From NCBI GenBank assembly GCA_964484655.1, contig CAZAFA010000002.1:123860-187859 (forward strand): 64,000 bases of DNA, written 5' to 3'. This document shows, one piece after another, positions 61,360 through 64,000 of this stretch. The DNA comes from an uncultured Candidatus Saccharibacteria bacterium. GTDB lineage: Bacteria; Patescibacteriota; Minisyncoccia; UBA6257; 2-01-FULL-56-20. Positions within the stretch are counted from its first letter, which is position 1. Each line of letters begins with the position of its first letter. A program made the translations under genes and the position numbers. Below the pieces are notes generated by a model. That model was not told the DNA's origin, searched no databases, and saw nothing but the letters and a program-made list of their open reading frames with translations.

Positions 61360-64000
61360 ATGCCAAACCCCGATCAGATCCCCCCGGTAGATCCTCAGGA
61401 GAAGAACGAACTTCCTGCTTCTGAGCCGACGCCGGCGCCCGAGCTCATCCGCATCACTGACGACGAGCCCGTCATAGAGAGCGAGGCGCAGCGGCAGGCA
61501 CGACTCAGCGAGCTGCGCTCAGAACTCAAGGGCGGCTTGGGCGACGAGGAGATCGACAGTATGGTCGAGGGCATCGGGGCCCAGAAGGAGGGCCCGGTCC
61601 GCGACATAGCGGCGATCGAATCCGACCTCCGCCGCGCGAGCGAGGAGTCGCAACGGATCCTCCAGGAGCAGGGGAAGGAGGCTTTCGAAAAGTACGTCGC
61701 CGCGAACGAGCATCTCATCGACGAGTACAAGGCCGCCGGCGGCCAGCGTCAGAACGCGCAGATCGACATGGGCGAGCGGGTCGGATACAAGGGCGCGGAG
61801 CAGCCGACTCAGGAGCCGCAGAAGGGCGAGGTCGTCAGCGACCAGGATCTGGAGAAGGCCGTCCGGAAGGAGATGGGAAGCGAGGCCGGCCTTCTGCCGC
61901 ACGAGCAGGCGGAGATCGTCCATCGCGCGGCCGACGAGATCATCGAGAACGTCGGCGACGTCCTGGCGTTCATCCAGGATCCGAAGGCCGTGCAGCGGTT
62001 CGGCAACCTCATGGCAGGCAAGATGGATCTCCCGACCGGCGCCATCGGGATGAAGGAACTCGACGAGGTGCTCTATAACAGCCTTCAGGAAGTGAAGCAG
62101 CGCCTTCCGGAAGTCCGCCGCCAGCTTCTGGCAGAACCGGCGATTGGGACTGTGGAGCGGGATCTCAGGGACAGCAAGCTCCAGCAGCTCGCCAATCTCG
62201 AGCAGATCATCGACGCCAAGAGCGCTGCCGCCGCGAAGCCGCTGGATCTCGAGGGAATCAGTGAGCAGGAATTGAATAAGGCCTTCCCTGGAGATGCGAA
62301 GGATGCGATGCCGGACGCGACGCCCCCGACCCATCTGAATGAGAAGGGCGAATGGGATGCCCAGGGCTCTGCTCGCGCGGGTGCGCCGGAGAGCGCGAGC
62401 TCGGAGGAGCAGGCCCTCCAATCAGCGATCGAGCGCCTGGATGCCGAGGCATCCGAGCAACATGCGAGGTATCTTGAGCTGAAGGACGCCGGCGACCTCG
62501 ACGGCGCTGAAGCTGCCAAGAATCGGGCGATAGAGCTGCTGAACCAGAAATACGGCGAGGAGGATCGCCTCAAGGAGCTCAGGGACAAGGAAGCTACGGC
62601 TCCCGGCAGCGCTCCGCTCCCAGGTGAGCCCGAGCTGGTGCGCATCACCGACGAGGACGAGCCGATGGAGGACGGCTCGTGGAAGATGCCCGCGCCTAGG
62701 TTCGTGTCGACGCCGGGAGAGAATCCGGCCGACAAGGCGAAGGAAAGCGCCCCACAGGCCGACGCGCTCCCGGATAAGTTCGAGGAAGAGGCTCCGCAAG
62801 CCATTACGGATTACGCAGAATGGGCGAAGGGTGAGATCTCCGTGCGCGACGGCGGCGATTATCTCAACCAGCTCCAGGAGCAGATGTTCCGCGAGACGGA
62901 CGAGGATAAGAAGCTCGATCTCGCGCAGAAGATCAGCGCCGGCGAGGCTCGGTTGAACGAGCTGCGTGCTGAAGCGCAGGCCATCGCGAACAACGCCGCG
63001 ACGCCGGAGACGACGCCGGCAGGAGAGCCGCCGGTCGAGCCTCTGGAAGCTGCCGCGGCCGAGCAGGCGCCAGAGCTCAAGACGCTCCGCAACGCGAAGG
63101 TCGACGCTGCCGATCGCCTGACCGCCTGGTTCCGCGGGCAGGACAAGGAATCCGAGTTCCGCGGGAAGTTCGGCAACCTGAAGCAGAAGCTCTACAGCGG
63201 CATCAACGCGCTCACGAAGTCGGAGTGGCAGGGCCGCCCCGCGAACCAGGCGCAAGCCGTGGTCAAGGAGCTTGTCGCGAAGATGATCGAGGACCCGACG
63301 CTCGACCCGAAGGCCGCGCTCGCGGAGAAGCTCGCCGAGAACCCCAAGGGCATCGAGAACATCGATCCGGAATCGGAATCGGCCCGCATCATCCTGGACG
63401 CCGTCCGCGCGGAGCACGCGTACAAGGCGCAGCGCGCCGAGCTCGTCTCAGAGTTCCGCGCAGGGTATCCGGCCGGCATCGACGCGTACAATAAGGCGCA
63501 TCGCGAGGAGGACCTCTTCAAGAAGTTCGTACTCGCCGAGCTCGACCGCGAGCAGGATTACCGCGAGCAGAAGCTCGAAGCGGAGCGCAGCAAGGCAGGG
63601 AAGCTCGCGCGGAAGGCCGCGGGCGTCATGGGCCGTGCCTACAAGGGGACGTTCGGCAAGCTCACGCCTGCCCAGCGCATCGCCGTCGGCGTGGTCGTCG
63701 GTTCCGCGATCGGTATCGCCCTCACCGGTGGCGTCGCGGGAGCTGGCGCGATCATCGGATACCGCGCGTTCCGCGGTGCCGGATCGTACCTGACCGCCAA
63801 GGGTTCGGCTTCCATCTACGAGAAGGTTGCCGGCTTCTTCCACGGCACGAAGGACAGCCGCGAGATGGCGGCGGACGCAGCGAAGGACCTTGAGAAGGCC
63901 GAGGACAAGCTCGAGCTCTTCCAGGCTATCGAGAAGGCTACCGCCGAGGCCGCGCGTGCGCGGAGCGTCGAGGCGAAGATAAACCGCCGGAAGGGCATCG
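61360..64000 (+). CDS. very large coiled-coil protein, E/K/A/D-rich, with C-terminal TM region (partial: runs off the window end; more than 880 codons)
   Basis: Manual translation from ATG at about 61360 (MPNPDQIPPVDPQEKNELPASEPTPAPELIRITDDEPVIE...) stays open to the window edge. The composition is consistently protein-like. A hydrophobic stretch IAVGVVVGSAIGIALTGGVAGAGAIIGYRAF lies near 63660-63760. It is not in the ORF track, which lists only stop-delimited ORFs; the track ORFs over this span are all antisense. Confidence 0.6.
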   Translation, partial: MPNPDQIPPVDPQEKNELPASEPTPAPELIRITDDEPVIESEAQRQARLSELRSELKGGLGDEEIDSMVEGIGAQKEGPVRDIAAIESDLRRASEESQRILQEQGKEAFEKYVAANEHLIDEYKAAGGQRQNAQIDMGERVGYKGAEQPTQEPQKGEVVSDQDLEKAVRKEMGSEAGLLPHEQAEIVHRAADEIIENVGDVLAFIQDPKAVQRFGNLMAGKMDLPTGAIGMKELDEVLYNSLQEVKQRLPEVRRQLLAEPAIGTVERDLRDSKLQQLANLEQIIDAKSAAAAKPLDLEGISEQELNKAFPGDAKDAMPDATPPTHLNEKGEWDAQGSARAGAPESASSEEQALQSAIERLDAEASEQHARYLELKDAGDLDGAEAAKNRAIELLNQKYGEEDRLKELRDKEATAPGSAPLPGEPELVRITDEDEPMEDGSWKMPAPRFVSTPGENPADKAKESAPQADALPDKFEEEAPQAITDYAEWAKGEISVRDGGDYLNQLQEQMFRETDEDKKLDLAQKISAGEARLNELRAEAQAIANNAATPETTPAGEPPVEPLEAAAAEQAPELKTLRNAKVDAADRLTAWFRGQDKESEFRGKFGNLKQKLYSGINALTKSEWQGRPANQAQAVVKELVAKMIEDPTLDPKAALAEKLAENPKGIENIDPESESARIILDAVRAEHAYKAQRAELVSEFRAGYPAGIDAYNKAHREEDLFKKFVLAELDREQDYREQKLEAERSKAGKLARKAAGVMGRAYKGTFGKLTPAQRIAVGVVVGSAIGIALTGGVAGAGAIIGYRAFRGAGSYLTAKGSASIYEKVAGFFHGTKDSREMAADAAKDLEKAEDKLELFQAIEKATAEAARARSVEAKINRRKGI

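Noticed and set aside
61519-63843. Stack of minus-strand ORFs (61519..62421, 62085..62804, 62422..63417, 63448..63843)
   Set aside because: They are all antisense to the single continuous plus-strand coiled-coil gene, and their compositions are Leu/Arg-rich artefacts.

Overview
This is a 64-kb, high-GC (roughly two-thirds G+C) bacterial chromosomal segment. Gene content is dense, and the conserved proteins are short for their families: DnaA 447 aa, a 236-aa YidC, UvrD 589 aa, and an 822-aa Pol I with no recognisable proofreading motif. That pattern suggests a reduced-genome lineage, possibly Patescibacteria/CPR-like; this is inference only. Housekeeping blocks present are infC-rpmI-rplT, ruvA / rpsT / holA-like / ruvB, yebC-ruvC, a class A PBP, the replication-origin neighbourhood (rpmH-rnpA-yidC-jag divergent from dnaA-dnaN), nusA-ppa-clpP, tyrS, ftsK, archaeal-type cmk, cysteine desulfurase, an orphan histidine kinase, polA and tsaE. 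Four tRNAs are present: Arg-CCG, Gly-TCC, His-GTG and one with an Ile-UAU anticodon. The main accessory feature is a roughly 15-kb run of co-oriented minus-strand genes from uvrD and rsmA through a Gram-positive/CPR-type type IV secretion-like gene set. That set comprises a VirB4 ATPase, a VirB6/TrbL-like polytopic protein, a VirB3-like small membrane protein, a CHAP peptidoglycan hydrolase, secreted proteins, a Pro-rich protein and a TolB-like beta-propeller. No coupling protein or relaxase is visible in the window. Other observations are as follows. An AT-rich island upstream of nusA is packed with two classes of palindromes sharing the half-site ACAAACAT, with a second copy of the module between tRNA-Gly and tyrS. 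Two low-GC intergenic units carry promoter-like and terminator-like signals and look like structured ncRNAs; one of them contains a tRNA-like T-arm and a small ORF bracketed by an SD and an anti-SD. A coiled-coil ORF of more than 880 aa runs off the window end and is absent from the ORF track. A membrane-anchored Clp-like ATPase has a degenerate first nucleotide-binding domain. CDS coordinates follow the supplied ORF track. My own base-level coordinates for RNAs and motifs are approximate, within about 2 nt.
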